This document shows positions 1 to 16,305 of a stretch of DNA of 64,000 nucleotides, piece after piece. The position numbers and the translations under genes are program-made. Positions within the stretch are counted from its first letter, which is position 1. Every line of letters begins with the position of its first letter. The notes under the pieces were generated by a model. That model was not told the origin of the DNA. It was given only the letters and a program-made list of their open reading frames with translations, and did no database searches. The stretch comes from the human T2T-CHM13v2.0 reference genome, Homo sapiens. The stretch lies in assembly GCF_009914755.1 (NCBI RefSeq), contig NC_060926.1; one strand, 5' to 3'.

Positions 1-3000
1 TTATTATGATAGGAAAGGCCAAATGGAAGCTATTAGAACTGCCTGTACCTAAGACAATAGTAAATAGAAAACAAGGTAGCATTCTTGAAGGGTTTGCAGA
101 GACTAGTGCAACCATCAAGGACTTGACAGATGCAGAGGTGGTGATTTTCACCATGTCCCCATTCAACTCTCCTATTTGGCTTGTACAGAAGACAGATGGA
201 TCCTGGAGAATGGCAATGGCTTATTGTAAGCTTACCCAAGTCGTGACTCTAATTGCAACTGCTACACCCAATGTAGTTTCATTCTTGAACACATTAACAC
301 ATCTGGTGCCTGTTATGCAGCTATTGTTCTGGTAAATGCTTTTTCTCCATACCTGTCCATAAGGCCCACCAGAAGCAATTTGATTCACTGGCAAGGCCAG
401 CAATATACCTTTGCCCTCCTACCTCAGGGGTATACCAACCCTTCAGCCCTATGTCATAATCTATTTTGCAGGGATCCTGATTGCTTTTCCCTTCCTCAAG
501 CTATCACCCTGTTCACTTCATTGATGATATTATGTTAATTGGACCTAGTGAGCAAGAAGTAACAACCACTGTGGATTTATTGGCAAGACATGTGCATTGT
601 CAGGGGGCAGGAAATAAATCCAACTAAACTTCAGGGGCCTTCCATTTCAGTGAAATTTCTAAGGGTCCAGTGGTGCAGGGCCTGTGGAGATAACCCTTCT
701 AAAGTAAAGAGTTGTTGCATCTGGCCCCTCCTATAACTGAGAAAGAAGCACAATTCCTAGTGGACCTATTTGGATTATAAAGGCGACATATTTGGGTGTG
801 TTAACCTAGCCCATTTACTGGGTGACACAAAAAACTGCTAGTTATGAGTGGGGCACAGAACAGGAAAAGACTGCAACAAGTCCAGGCTGCTATGCAAGCT
901 GCTCTGCCACTTGGGCCATGTGACCCAAGAGCTCCAATGGTCCTTGCTGTATCAGTGGCAGATAGGTATGCTGTTTGGAGTCTTTGGCAGGGCCCTACAG
1001 GTGAATCACAATAGAGGTCTTTAGGATTCTGGAATGAGGCCTGGCATCATCTGCAGATAACTACTCTCCTTTTGCGAGGTAGCTCTTGACCTGCTACTAG
1101 GCCTTAGTAAAAGCTGAATGCTTGGCCTTGGGCCAGCAAATTACCATGTGACCTGAACTACCTACCATTAACTGGGTGTTATTTGGCCCATTAAGCCATA
1201 AAGTTGGGGAGACACAGCAGTATTCTATCGTCACATGGTAGTGGTATACACACGATCAGGCTGAAGCAGGTCCTGAAGGCACAAGTAAGTTACATGAAGA
1301 AGCCCAAATGCCCATAGTCCTCACTCCTTCTACACTGCCTCCTCTCTCCCAGTTTGTACTATGCCTTCATGGGGAGTTCCCTACAATCAGTTGACAGAGG
1401 ACAAGAATACATGGTCCAATGGTTTGGCTGGATGGTCAAGGACTTGGAAGGAACATAATTGGAATATTGGTAACACAGAAATTTGGGGAAGAGTTATGTG
1501 TATAGACCTCTCTGAGTGGGCAAAAAATATAAAAATATTTGTGTTCCATATGAATACTCACCAAAAGGTGACCTCAGCAGAGGAGGGTGTTAATAATCAA
1601 GTGAATAAGATGACCCATTCTGTGGATACCAGTCAGCCTCCTCCTCAGCTACCATTGTCATTGCCCAGTGAACTCATGAACAAAGTGACCATGGTGGTAG
1701 GGATAGAGGTGATTCATGGGCTCAGCAACATGGGCTTCCACTCACCAAGAGTGATCTGGCTACTGCCTCGCCATAGACTGAGCACTCACAGACCAATAGT
1801 GAGCCCTAATATGGCACCATTCCCCAGGGCAGATTGATTCCATTAGACTACTTCCATCACAGAAGGGGCAGCATTTTGTCCTTACTGGCATAGACACTTA
1901 GTATGGATATGGATTTGTCTTCCCTGCATACAATGCTATTGCCAAAACTACCATCTGTAGACTTATGTAATGACTTATTCACTGCCATCCTATTCCACAC
2001 AGCATTGTTTCTGACCCAGGAACTCACTTCACAGGGAAAAAGTGCAGCAATCAGCTCATGCTCATAGAATTCACTGGTCTTAGCATGTTTCCCATTCTCC
2101 TGAAGAAGCTGGCTTCTACAGTACCAGCTAGGTGACAATATTTTACAGGGCTGAGATAGATTTCTCCAGAAGGTTGTATATGTTCTGAATCAGCATCCAA
2201 TATATGGTACTGTTTCTCCCATAGCCAGGAGTCATAGGTCCAGGAATCAATAGGTAGAAATGGAAGTGGAACTACTTACCATCACCTCTAGTGACCCACT
2301 AGCAAAATTTTTTCTCACTGTTTCTGCAACATTATGTTCTTCTGGCCTAGTTCTGCAGTGAACTTTGTTTCAGAGGGAGGCATGCTTCTACTAGGAGACA
2401 CAAAAATGATTCAACTGAACTGGGAATTAAAACTGTGACCCGGCTGCTTTGGGTTCCTCATGATTCTTGAGTCAACAGGCTAAAAAGGGAGTTAGGGTGT
2501 TGGCTAGGGTGATTCATCTAGGCTACTAAGGGCGATTGATTGGCCTACTGTTCCACAATGGAGATAAAGAATAGTATTTCTGGAATACAGAAGGTTCCTT
2601 AGAGCAACTATTAGTATTACCCTGTCCTGTGATGAAGGTCAATGGGAAACTACAACCACTCAATACAGGCTGACTATGAATTGCCCAGACTCTTCAGGAA
2701 TGAAGGTTTGGGTCACCTTGCCAGGCAAAGAACCATGACCAGCTGAGGTGCTTACTGAAGGCAATACAGAATACAGAATGGGTAGTAGAAGACATGTATA
2801 AATACCATATACAGCCATGTGGCCAGATACAGAAATGAGGATTGTAATTTTTATAAGTATTTCCTATTTTGTTAAGAATACATTTGTATGTATATTAACA
2901 TGTCTTAAGCAAGTATCTTTGTTTTCTCTTTTTCCTTTATCATGTAACATAAGATTTATTGACTTAATATCAGCATTTGAATACTGTTAATTTTATATCA

Positions 3001-3206
3001 GATTTGAGTTGCAGGAGATCAGAAGAGTAAACCACACTCATGAACTTTATCCTTTCTTCTGAGGATGGGATTAGTACATGTTGGCTTGTAAACAGGATAG
3101 TTTCACCATGTTGGACAGAATTATGACCTTTTTATAGTCTTCATCTGGAGATTAGGTGTGGTTTAAAGAGGTGCATAATGGGTGCCAAGCTGGCAAGGGG
3201 TAGACT
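1..3206 (+). mobile_element. ERV-L (HERV-L/MLT2-int type) internal region: degenerate pol (RT, RNase H, integrase remnants) and dUTPase
   Basis: ORF 6..335 has the RT motif SPFNSPIWLVQKTDGSWRM. A degenerate YIDD (FIDD) lies near 517-528. ORF 1361..1837 resembles RNase H C-terminal/integrase-adjacent sequence. dUTPase-like sequence lies at about 2370-2640. Polypurine tract caaggggtagact precedes the LTR. Many stops and deletions. Confidence 0.9.
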
Positions 3207-3806
3207 TGTGATGGGTAATTTTAGGTACCAACTTGACTGGATTGAGGGATGCCTAGATGGCTGGTGAAGCATTGTTTTGGGGTGTGCCTAGGTGACTGTT
3301 TCCAGAGAAGATTAACCCATGAGTCAGTGGGCTGAGAGAGAAAAAGACCTACCCTGAATATGGGCGGGCACCATCCAATCAGCTGGGGGAGCAGCTGGGA
3401 CAAAGCAGGTAGAAAAAGGGAGACACTCAGCTTGCTCTGGCTTTCTCTGTTTCCCTTTCTGAGTAGGAAACTTCCATCACAGAAGGGGCTGTTTATCCTC
3501 CTTCCCTTGGACATTCAGCTCCAGGTTCTCAACCTTTGGACCCTGAGACTTGTACCAACAGCCTCCCGGGAAGGGGGTGGTCTAAGGCCTTTGGCCTCAG
3601 GCTGGGGCTCCACTGTTAACTTTCCTGGTTTCTCGGCTTTTGCATTTGGACTGAGCCAAGCCACCAGCTTTTCTGGCTCTCCAGCTTGCAGATGGCCCAT
3701 CATGGGACTTTGCCTTTATGACTGCATGAGGCAATTCTCCCTAATAAATTTCACTTCACATGTATTTCTTATTGTTTCTGTCCCTCTGGAGAACCTTGAC
3801 TAATCT
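3207..3806 (+). mobile_element. MLT2-family LTR (3' LTR of the ERV-L)
   Basis: Starts tgtgatgggtaattttagg directly after the PPT, contains AATAAA at about 3743 and ends ctggagaaccttgactaat, the typical MLT2 termini. Confidence 0.88.
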
Positions 3807-4130
3807 GATGATATTTTATAGCCAAGTTTTCCACCTCCCGTGTGAAGGCAAGGTGAGATAGATGAAATAAATATACTTATTTGTGAAAATACATTATTCA
3901 ATACTGGACATCAGCCATTCTTAGCTAATTAATTATTGGAGTGCTTCTACTAGTCTAGCAGAGTTAACTATTAAGTAAACTGATAACAGTAAAAGATGAT
4001 GTAGGAAAGCAGCTCTTAAAAACCAGACTTTTTCCAAAAAGAAATAACTTAGCTAACCTTAAACTGAATTATGTAGAAAACAAGTCAATTTCAAATCCAA
4101 CAAAAACAGTACAGTAAACCGTTCATGTTC

Positions 4131-4810
4131 TGAGAGACCAAAATAAATACCCACTTATTAACTAAGATGAACCCTAAGGTTAATGAAACAAAAGTTACTT
4201 CCAGGTTGAGTGTTGAGAGCTTGACTGTCATGGAAACTTCCTAAATTCCTACGGCTATAAGAAAAACCACATTCTTGGTAAACTCCCTAACAATAGGAGA
4301 TATCAGAAAAATTGCAGACCCTTCCTAACTGATTTATAGCCCACACCACTACAACTTTAAGAAGACTGAGGGCCAATCTTACAAACATTCTTTACTGAGA
4401 AGTAACTAAAGATCTCAAGCCAGTTTTGGCCAGCTTACAGAGACTGTCCACAAACTTTGTATCCTATGTTTCTTTAAAAGAAAGAGCCAAATTCCTCCTC
4501 ATTTTAATGCTAAATCCCCACCGCAAAATGAACATGGGATGTACATTACATATATGTTTACCCATTAGGCATGTGCTTGACTCTGCTCATAAATATGTAT
4601 AGCTTTTTCCCCAAACCTGCTAAATATGTATGCCTCTATTGTGTAATAGACTCTGTGAGGCATAAAAACCCAACTACCCTTTCCCTCTTCGAAGAGAGAG
4701 CATCTTTGGTACACACTGGAGACTGTCTCTTCCCAATTTGCAAACTGATATTGCCAGTAAAACTCACCTTTCTACTATTTGGACAACCTGGTGGGTTTTT
4801 GGATGATACA
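4131..4810 (+). mobile_element. Solo ERV1-class LTR (MER72-like, subfamily tentative)
   Basis: TG...CA termini (tgagagacc...gataca), TATA-like cataaaaa at 4661, AGTAAA near 4756, candidate 4-bp TSD gttc/tttc. Confidence 0.65.
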
Positions 4811-4979
4811 TTTCATCCCTGCCATTCACTCTCACTATAATACAAACATGTTTTCAAAGATATCTATCCCTTAGGACAAATGGTAGAATTAATGTAAAAG
4901 ATAATTTTTTTTTTAATTTGCACTACCTTTTTGACGTTTAGAAAAGGGACAATCTAAGGTGAAAACAGGTGGACCAAGC

Positions 4980-5031
4980 TTTATTGTAGAAATGACAAAA
5001 TTAGCAATTAGCTGCTCAAAGAAAATTTATT
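4980..5031 (-). terminator. PDE1A: Two tandem AATAAA polyadenylation signals of the PDE1A terminal exon
   Basis: tttatt on the + strand at 4980-4985 and 5026-5031, about 290-340 nt after the stop codon, followed by U-rich sequence on the minus strand. Confidence 0.7.
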
Positions 5032-5320
5032 GGCACTCGGTAAAGACAAATGCCACAAAATGCCATTGAAACAGATATCTGAAAGCACAAGGTGCTGATG
5101 TAGCCACTAGATGAATCTGTTCGGTAGCAGTTGAGCCCGGTGAATTAAGGAGTTTACAGCTGTTATTTATGTGGCTCATGATGCTTATTGAGCAATCTGC
5201 AAAAATAGATTTCCTGTCTCACACAGGACAGGGTAGATTTCCAGCAAGCATAATCAAAATCTCCAAGTCTTTTGGTCAAATTAGAGCTGCCACCATGCAC
5301 GAGGTTTTACTTAAAGGTGT

Positions 5321-5364
5321 TTACTGATGAATAAACTCACACTTCTGTGAACTGGTTCTTGCTT
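5321..5364 (-). CDS. PDE1A: PDE1A terminal coding exon, (E)ARTSSQKCEFIHQ*
   Basis: Acceptor ttttttttttcag|AA GCA AGA. Phase 1 matches the upstream exon ending CAA G. TAA at 5323-5321. Matches the recalled human PDE1A C-terminus. Confidence 0.93.
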
Positions 5365-6963
5365 CTGAAAAAAAAAAAGCGTACTTATTTTAATAATTTA
5401 GAGAAAATGCTGTAAAGAAGTTATGAAAAAAAGTAATTCTCATTTATAATCAGCCATGATTGTAAAAAATTACTGTCGTAAAATTATGAAGAGAAACATA
5501 ATTGGCATATTTTCCTTAATTTTTAATATACTTTGCTTTTGCTATTGAAACTTTTGTGATTCTTGTATTCATCAGTGGTGATCTTAAGATGATTCATTTT
5601 TCTTTATAACTCAACTTATTTTTTACTCTACTTGAATTGTTGCCTGGATTCCTATGGAGTCCAACTCTAGTTGTTATCAACTAGAGCAGACACTCTCAGA
5701 ATCTAATGAGAGATTATCTTGAAACCTATTAATATTGTCTGCTAACAAATAGTATGCAATGCAAATATTTGGATGTAGAATTTTATTATGTAAAGAAATG
5801 ATATTCTATCTGTGATTTATTTTCAAAATAAAAAAGAATAAAATCATGTTTCCTTTTCCTTTATCCACAGAAAATATCTTTCTCTTATTAAAAAATGTTG
5901 AAATATGCTAACAACAACAACAAAATTTCTGATTGAATTACAGACCGGAAGGGCTAATGCTGTCACATAGGTTATAACACGATTTTCAGGTGGAATTGTG
6001 CTCTATCATTCCTTAATCTCCTGAAATGGCATCAAGGAAATTATTAAGTCTTGTGTGCATGTGTGTGTAAGTGTATGTGTGTGTATATCTGACAAGTTAT
6101 AATCATGCACAATATAATGCTATTTTTTATAATTTAATATAAATATCATAAATAATTTCTTTAACTCATAAGCATTTGGTAAACTCATAAGCATTAAGAT
6201 GAACTATAGAAGGACAATTTTGGCTACATATGGGTTTTAGAACAATTCTAAACTCATTGAAATTAGGTTTCTTCTCTTTACTATTTACCAGACTTTACAT
6301 TGATTCCATCTCCAGTTTAGTAGAGTTATGGAAATACAGTTTTAAGGAAAGAATATTGTACATTGAAAAAAACATACTGAAACATAAATGCTGAAAGTTA
6401 TACCATAAGAATTAGCTATATTTATTTATTTGCACACAAATGTGGCATGGATTTTGTATATCAACACAATAAATGTCATAAGCTCTGAGTGATACAACTA
6501 AAATAATAGTAAAGGCAGTATTGGCTAAAATTATTGATCACAACAATGAGATATGACACACAGAAAGAAAAAAAATCTATAATACTCAATAAGGACCATC
6601 TGCTAGGGTTCCTGTTAAACAAATGGGAGGGACAAAATGCATACCTTGGATGAAGAGGATTGGTGGAGTCTTCTGGAAATAACTTCTAATATCCTGACTG
6701 TATCTAACTATGAGTAAACATCTAAGAGTTACTCCAAGACAGATGAGCTTCACAGACCACCCCTACTTTCAAATTTAGTAAAGAGTACATCATCTGATAA
6801 CTCATCTTCCTACCAACCCAGATCCTTTCTTGTCCTAGTCCTGCCCCTCTTGGGAAAACATTTTATCATCACCAAGCCAGCTAATAATCTCTACGGGAAT
6901 GCAGGCATGCTCCCTCTACCTTCCTTCTTACTTTTGTTGTCCATGCAAATACAGTGGACAGGA

Positions 6964-6964
<1 letters not shown>

Positions 6965-7001
<37 letters not shown>

Positions 7002-7083
7002 CACACACACACACACACACTCTCCCTCTCTCTCTCTCTCTTTCTCTTTCATACACACACACACACACACACTCACACACACA
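6965..7083. repeat. Compound (CA)n(CT)n(CA)n microsatellite
   Basis: Directly visible dinucleotide runs. Confidence 0.97.
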
Positions 7084-7199
7084 ATATTACTTAAAATATC
7101 CTTAAGTTATGCTGCTGTCAGAATCCTTCCATCAGTAGATTTTGAGCACACTTTTTGCTCTGGAGGGAAGTTTAGAGAATTTAACTAAACCAACCCATC

Positions 7200-7870
7200 A
7201 TAATTAACTTCTAGAACATGATACAGGTTACTGGTTTTGAATTTGGGCAAAATAGATGAAAAGCCCCGCCTTTTCAAAAATTAGTTTTGTGACGTTAGAC
7301 AAATAATTTAGTTTCTCTGAGTGAGCTTCACTTTTGTCAGACTAAAATTCTTTCCTTGTAGAGTTAGCTGTAATTTTTTTTGTATAGATGGTCAATGGGT
7401 GAATAAATGATAAAAAATTTCACTCCCAAATTCATAACTTTCAACATTTAAAAATAAAAATATCTGTGAGATATAACTAATCTTATGAGCACATTTGTAA
7501 GCTCATTGGATAAATTGTGCTAAGATTAAACAGAAGTAGATTTGATGAAGCAATTATGCTAGTCTTTGGGGTAAGGTTTCACAGGAAATTCTTTCCTCTT
7601 TCTGTCTGTACTCCTACCGCATAGCTATACCATATAATTTTCTGTGTGCTATATGAAACCGTGAAAAGAAATGAGAAAGTTAGATTCATTTGTAATACAT
7701 GTATACACCTGTGATGCTGGAGACTTACTTCGCTGCCTTAGACCTAAGTTCTCACCTTGGATTTAGATATGATAATATCTAAATTGTAGGGTTATTTGTC
7801 TGACTAAACAGGATAGTGATTGTAATAAAACTCAGTGTATTTCCTGGAACATAAAGATGTAGTTAGTAGA
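7200..7870. mobile_element. Degenerate MIR fragments
   Basis: MIR core-like motifs (gtgacgttagacaaataatttagtttctctgagtgagcttc; gtaataaaactcagtgtatttcctggaacata). Boundaries approximate. Confidence 0.45.
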
Positions 7871-10249
7871 ATATGAATCTACATTTGATTTGGCATTAAT
7901 ACCAACATAATTACAAAGATTATTTACCATACATAATACAAAATATTGCATCTTAAGATGTTTCAAATATAAACAATATATAAAGTTTAATTAGTGAACT
8001 ATGATAATATATTAAAATACTATGTTAATCATAAGGCAAATTTGATCTTTTAATAATGTTAATACTTTCCCACCAATTTTAAATGTTTCTCTTACTTCTA
8101 GTGAAAAACACTTCTAGTTTTGTTTTTAAATTTTTTAACCAGTGATATAAAACCTATTCCCATTTTTTTGTTTCCTACTGAGAAAATGTATGAGCTTTTC
8201 TAGCAAAAACATAATTTAAATAAACCGTAAAATGTTAAAAATATAAGCAACCATCTAACTCAGTAACTCGTGATATTTTCTAATTACAAATGTAGGTCAT
8301 AGGTACAGTGATTAAGATTTTGAAAAATGTCCTGAGGGTAATGAGGAAATTAAGTTTTTATAGGAATTCTAATGAAATTGAAAATAACAGACAAACCATG
8401 ATCAACCCAGACAATATGCAGTATTGCATATTATGTATGGTACGTGATTTTTGTTTGAAGAACTATAGACGTCATTTTAGGGAAACCATCAGGCTTTTGC
8501 TTTGTTGAATTGATTAATCTTTTGATCAGAACTAAATTGTTCTGAAAAATTGGGAGTATTTTAGAAGCAGAATGAGAAGAGAGATAGATAGAGACCTGGA
8601 ATCAAGAGGAACGGAAGCCTATAGGTTTTGGAGAGAGAGGAGATGAGTGGTAACAAAAGAAGGGATTTCTGTTCTTCAAGGTGTAAGGTTAAGACAACAG
8701 AGCTTCCAATAATTTGGAAGTATTTTCAGCACTTGGAGCGGGGCTAATTATTGGGGGTATATAACAAAGTCTTGAGTCTGTCCTTGGTGTGAGCATTACA
8801 CATGAACCCAGTCAAATTCTGGTCACACATCAAACTGCTACTAGATGAGAGCGGCACCAGAATGAGAGAACTGTCTTTGAGAGCTGTTCCATACCTTGTA
8901 TCCAAAGACTTAGCTTACTCTGCCCCATCATCTCTGTTCGACAGTGCAACATCCAACCCAATACTCCCTTCCCCATTATTACCTCTACTTCCCAAATTTC
9001 CACACTTCCTGTCCCAGAGTTTTCAGAAGCCACAAAACTCCCATGAACTCTTGCATGCATTACTCATATTGCAAAGTACAATTAGAGCAAGTGACTAGGT
9101 TTGAGGTATCAGAAAGCATAGCAAATGCAGACATAAAACATGAGGAGAAACTTTTGGGGAACAACCCTTACATTTAGTTTGCCCTTTTGTGATTTATCAG
9201 ATTTTTAAGGTCATTTAGCTAACAAACAAAAACATACTACAAAATAGTGGGTAATACTATTTCATTTATGTGGACTCACCATTAATATCAGACTTCCACA
9301 AAGTGGAGCAAACTTTCTTCTAATCAACACTGACAGAGCTCTTACCTAGCCCTGAGTAGGAGACACCAGAAATCTGATGCTGAACAGCCCATGAGTTCTG
9401 CTCTCAAGAAAAAAAGATGATAGGCATTTGTTTGCACTGGTACACAGGGGGTCTCTGTAAATATTTTTGTAATGACTTAATTAGTGGTTCTCAACCTTTT
9501 ATCAAAATCCATAGTTTTTACATTTGTAACATACTCCAATCATATCTCATAATACACAGTGGTTCTCATTGCATAGAGAAATGATGCACACACCCAAAGC
9601 AGAGTGCCAGAACCTCGATAAGGCATGTGTAGTTAAATGTCCTCTCCACCTCCACTCTTACTAGAACTCTAATTTGGGTAGGCCTCCTGCAAATGCATTT
9701 CTCACTTCTTATTTTGAGAACGCAAGGTAGAATATGATAAGCAGTCTAACTACACTACAGTATGAAAGAGACAGCTATGTTTATAAAACTAAATGATAGG
9801 CTTCTTGGAGAAGATGGCATTTTAATTGAATCTTGGAAGACAGGATTTTAATAAGCAGAATGGAGGAGAAGGCCCAGGAAGAGCATTCTATGAGGAGGGA
9901 AGAACAAAACCAAAGGTAGAGAGATAGGAAAACATAGGCGTAGCTAGACTTCGAGTTGTGTGAAGAGTAACCTTAAGTTCCAGGACCAGTCATGACCTTG
10001 TCCACTGATCTTCCCAGGAGTAGAGAGCAAACATTCCAGGGTACAACAGTATGAACCAAGATCTAGATATCATGTGGGATAGACACAATGGAACTATCCC
10101 ATCCCTAGGTGAATATAACTACGAAGGTTCCCATTGCCATTTCCTGACTTCAGCCTGCCAAGGTGAAGCTGGCTCAGATTTAGATCTGTACTTGGCTTGT
10201 CCTGACCATGAGCTGGTATTTCCTGCTCTTCCCCTACATGTCCTGTTGC

Positions 10250-10376
10250 ACTGATTTAAATGCACAAAAGTGTTCTACCTAGACCTTCCTCTGTGAACTG
10301 GAGAAAGGGCATGTTGAACTTTAAAAAAATCAAGTAGTCCAGATGATGCTGATAGGCTGCCCAGGTTGAAAACTTT
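10250..10376. mobile_element. MER5-like hAT DNA transposon fragment
   Basis: ccagatgatgctgataggctgcccaggttgaaaac resembles the MER5A terminus. Confidence 0.4.
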
Positions 10377-11811
10377 TGAGTTGTACCTTTGTAATAAAGG
10401 AATGAGTGAATGAATGGATAACACACAAGCACACACCATTCAAACAATTATTTAAGCTCTTCTAGGGTTAAGTGACTCTGAATATCACTTCTTAGAACTT
10501 CATGATTCTTACCTTCTGAAAGTTCCACTCTATCAAATGCATACTCCTGCTCTATTGTACTGCTAACATGATATAGAACATGATCTGAAGACAAAGCTGA
10601 AGAGGTTAAATTGGAAATAGGAACAATAAAGGAAATATATAATATAATTTAATTTACTAATAATTTAAAATATATAAAATTACTAACATGATCTCATTTA
10701 AACTTCTAATTACATTTTGAACCATAATTAGAGAGAGAATGATAGCAAGCTCTAGTTTTTATTTCTGAAAGACTTTGTTTTCCTCTGTTTGATTATTTGT
10801 CCCTTTTGAAATCTAAAATGTACATGTATATTCTCTCAGAATTGCTTAGGATTCAGTCCTGGGAACTTAGAAGTTATAATGTAAAGTGAACTGTGCTTTA
10901 CATGAAGGGTTTTGATTGAATTAAAAAGATAGTGGAAAGGAATAGCAAATATTTTAAGAACACATACCTTATAAATACAACTTTTTAAAGTAATTCAATA
11001 CAAAGTAACATTGGCATGTTTTCGTTACTTTCAAAAAATCAATTTTTACTTTCTCTAAGCAACAGATATGGAAGAGTAGGCCCACTGGTGAGTACTAATA
11101 GGCATTGCTGGCAAATAAAAACATGTGCTCAGAAAGCTTACAGAGACCCGTGAGATAAAACTACAGATAAATACCACAGGGGAATGTAGGTCTTTGAGAG
11201 TCACTGCTCTGTAACTAGTTGGGGTGGGGTGCCAAGGCTAACACTGCTATTCATTCTCCCTGAGCAGCTTGTTATCTAGCAGTCCTAAAGGTGATTTGAA
11301 AATATTCACTGAAAAAGCCTCTCTAAGTGTCCACAGAATCAGAGCTTGGGAATGGAGCCTGAAGCCATTCAGCCTTATTTCCTGATGACGTCCATGGACG
11401 CAGACCTAGGTTTTTCACAGAGAAGCAAAGGAGGAATATAAAGGTGGTACTCAGATAGATTACTTATTTATTGTTCCAATAACAACTTTTTCACATGCTC
11501 TGAAACCGAAAGGAAGACTTGGCTTGATTCAAACTGTGATACTTTTCAGAAGGAGCAAGAGAAACTCTGAGAGTCAATCAGGGGAGGGTAAAACAACTGT
11601 TTCTTGCATTTATTTGTAAAGTTCTCTGCATTACACACTGAACAAAAAGAAGGGCAAATTCACTATTCATACTCTGTTACAGTCCTCAAGTTTTTAAGCT
11701 GGCTTGTATAATCCTTTAAGTATTTTCTGGGAAGAAATAGTGTAAATAATTCAATTAACACCTTAAGATTGTCCTACACGTTGCATAAAACAGAACAGGT
11801 TATCTCATTTG

Positions 11812-14805
<2,994 letters not shown>

Positions 14806-15149
14806 TCATTTGGATTTCCCCATAATAAAAAAATGTCTTTTTTGTTGCTCAGTTTCCTCCTGAAATATGTCTTTGACATTACTAACCATACTGAAACACC
14901 TCAATGGATATAAAATTATGGATTTAATTTGTGTCACATGATTCAGTTCCATCACATTAAATCACTTAAATTCAAAGAAAAAAATAAGCTTCTAATCTTT
15001 CTTTTTCTGTAAAGTGAGGAAACATACTTGATAAATGTTCTTTGAATAATAGTATTTTAAATACACTTAATTTAGTAATCAAATATTGTTTTTCATTTCT
15101 CTTCTGAAACAACTACAAAAGCTTATTTTGTGTGTCTCGATGAGCTGAT

Positions 15150-16305
15150 ACAGTGAATCATTAGCTGATCTGGTTTTGTTTCTACTTGTTTGTTATAACA
15201 GGCTCATGCCTATTTAGACAAGGAGACACAGGGGTTGTTACTAAGCTACCCCAAAAACAAAGGCATCTATCCTTTGTCTTCAAATTCAAAAGCCACATCC
15301 ATGCATGGCTAAAAGGTTTTTGGAAAATACTTAATCAAGTTCTACCTTCCCACCCATACTTCCAGAGGAGATCCAGGTTTCTCACTCCCTGGACATGGAT
15401 CTAGGTTTTCCCTAAGAGAAGCAAAAAGGGGTATGAAGGTGCCATTCAAATTGGAGGAGGGAAAAGTTTAACTCCTTACCCTTCCAGTGACATATTTTTC
15501 ACCCCCTATGAAACCAAAAGTAAGGTGTAAGGGAGAAAAGAGTTGGAAGATTCAAGAGACTTAGACAGTTATAGTCTGAGACAGGACCTGCTCTCTGAAT
15601 TTGGCCATCCCTGTGCATTTTGAGTTATTTCCGAGGGAAAAACAAGAAAGAATTCTGAGAAAAAGTCAGGGATCCAGGGGTTAGAGAAGATCTTTGTCAT
15701 GTTCCCTTATCCAGCATTCTGAACAAGGTGGGTGTTCTCAGCGTGCAAGGAATAGAGGAGGGGTGGCTGTGTAGAATGTCAGGACAGGAGAGCCTGAGAG
15801 AGCGCCTGCAGTATTCAGTCAACCCCAGTGACTCTGATGTGAAGACCAGCCTGTCCTTCAGCCCTGAGAAGTACAATGAGAAGGAGAAGAAAAGAGAGAA
15901 AGCAAGCTGTGGCAAGCAAAGATGTAGGGGCCTGCCGTGGGAAAGCAAGGGGTCAGAGTCAGAAGGTGATACCAGCCAAAAACCAATGGGGGCTGTCTGT
16001 CTGGAAAGATGAGAGAGAGGCCAGAGGTCAAGCAAGAACCTGATGCTCATCTGAAATCCATTAATACCACAACATTAGTCCCCAGGGACTGCAATGCCAT
16101 CTAAAGAAGGAGGAAAGAGAGGTCAGAAACCCTGGATTGACCAGGCTTACTCTGATTCAGTCAAAACACTTAAATGATAAGCTTATATTTTCTTCAAACA
16201 GGTAGCATGAGGACATAGCTAGAAACTATGTTTGGTCACAGAGAAATAATGAAGGGTATATTATTTATGCACCTGATTTGTGGCCTAAGGATATGATATG
16301 TACAG
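15150..16305 (+). mobile_element. Ancient LTR (LTR78-like, tentative), with a related diverged fragment at about 11280-11590
   Basis: 3' end agagaaataatgaag...tgcacctgatttgtggcctaag...taca resembles LTR78-family termini. Visible similarity between 15386-15520 and 11391-11512. Confidence 0.4.

Noticed and set aside
6-2138. Possible functional retroviral pol or domesticated gene
   Set aside because: Only short fragments remain, with many stops, frameshifts and deletions, and the YIDD motif is altered.
6163-6195. 14-bp direct repeat aactcataagcatt
   Set aside because: It is a small slippage-type duplication in AT-rich intron with no further structure.
6850-7188. His/Thr- and Cys/Val-rich ORFs
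   Set aside because: They are translations of the (CA)n/(CT)n microsatellite.
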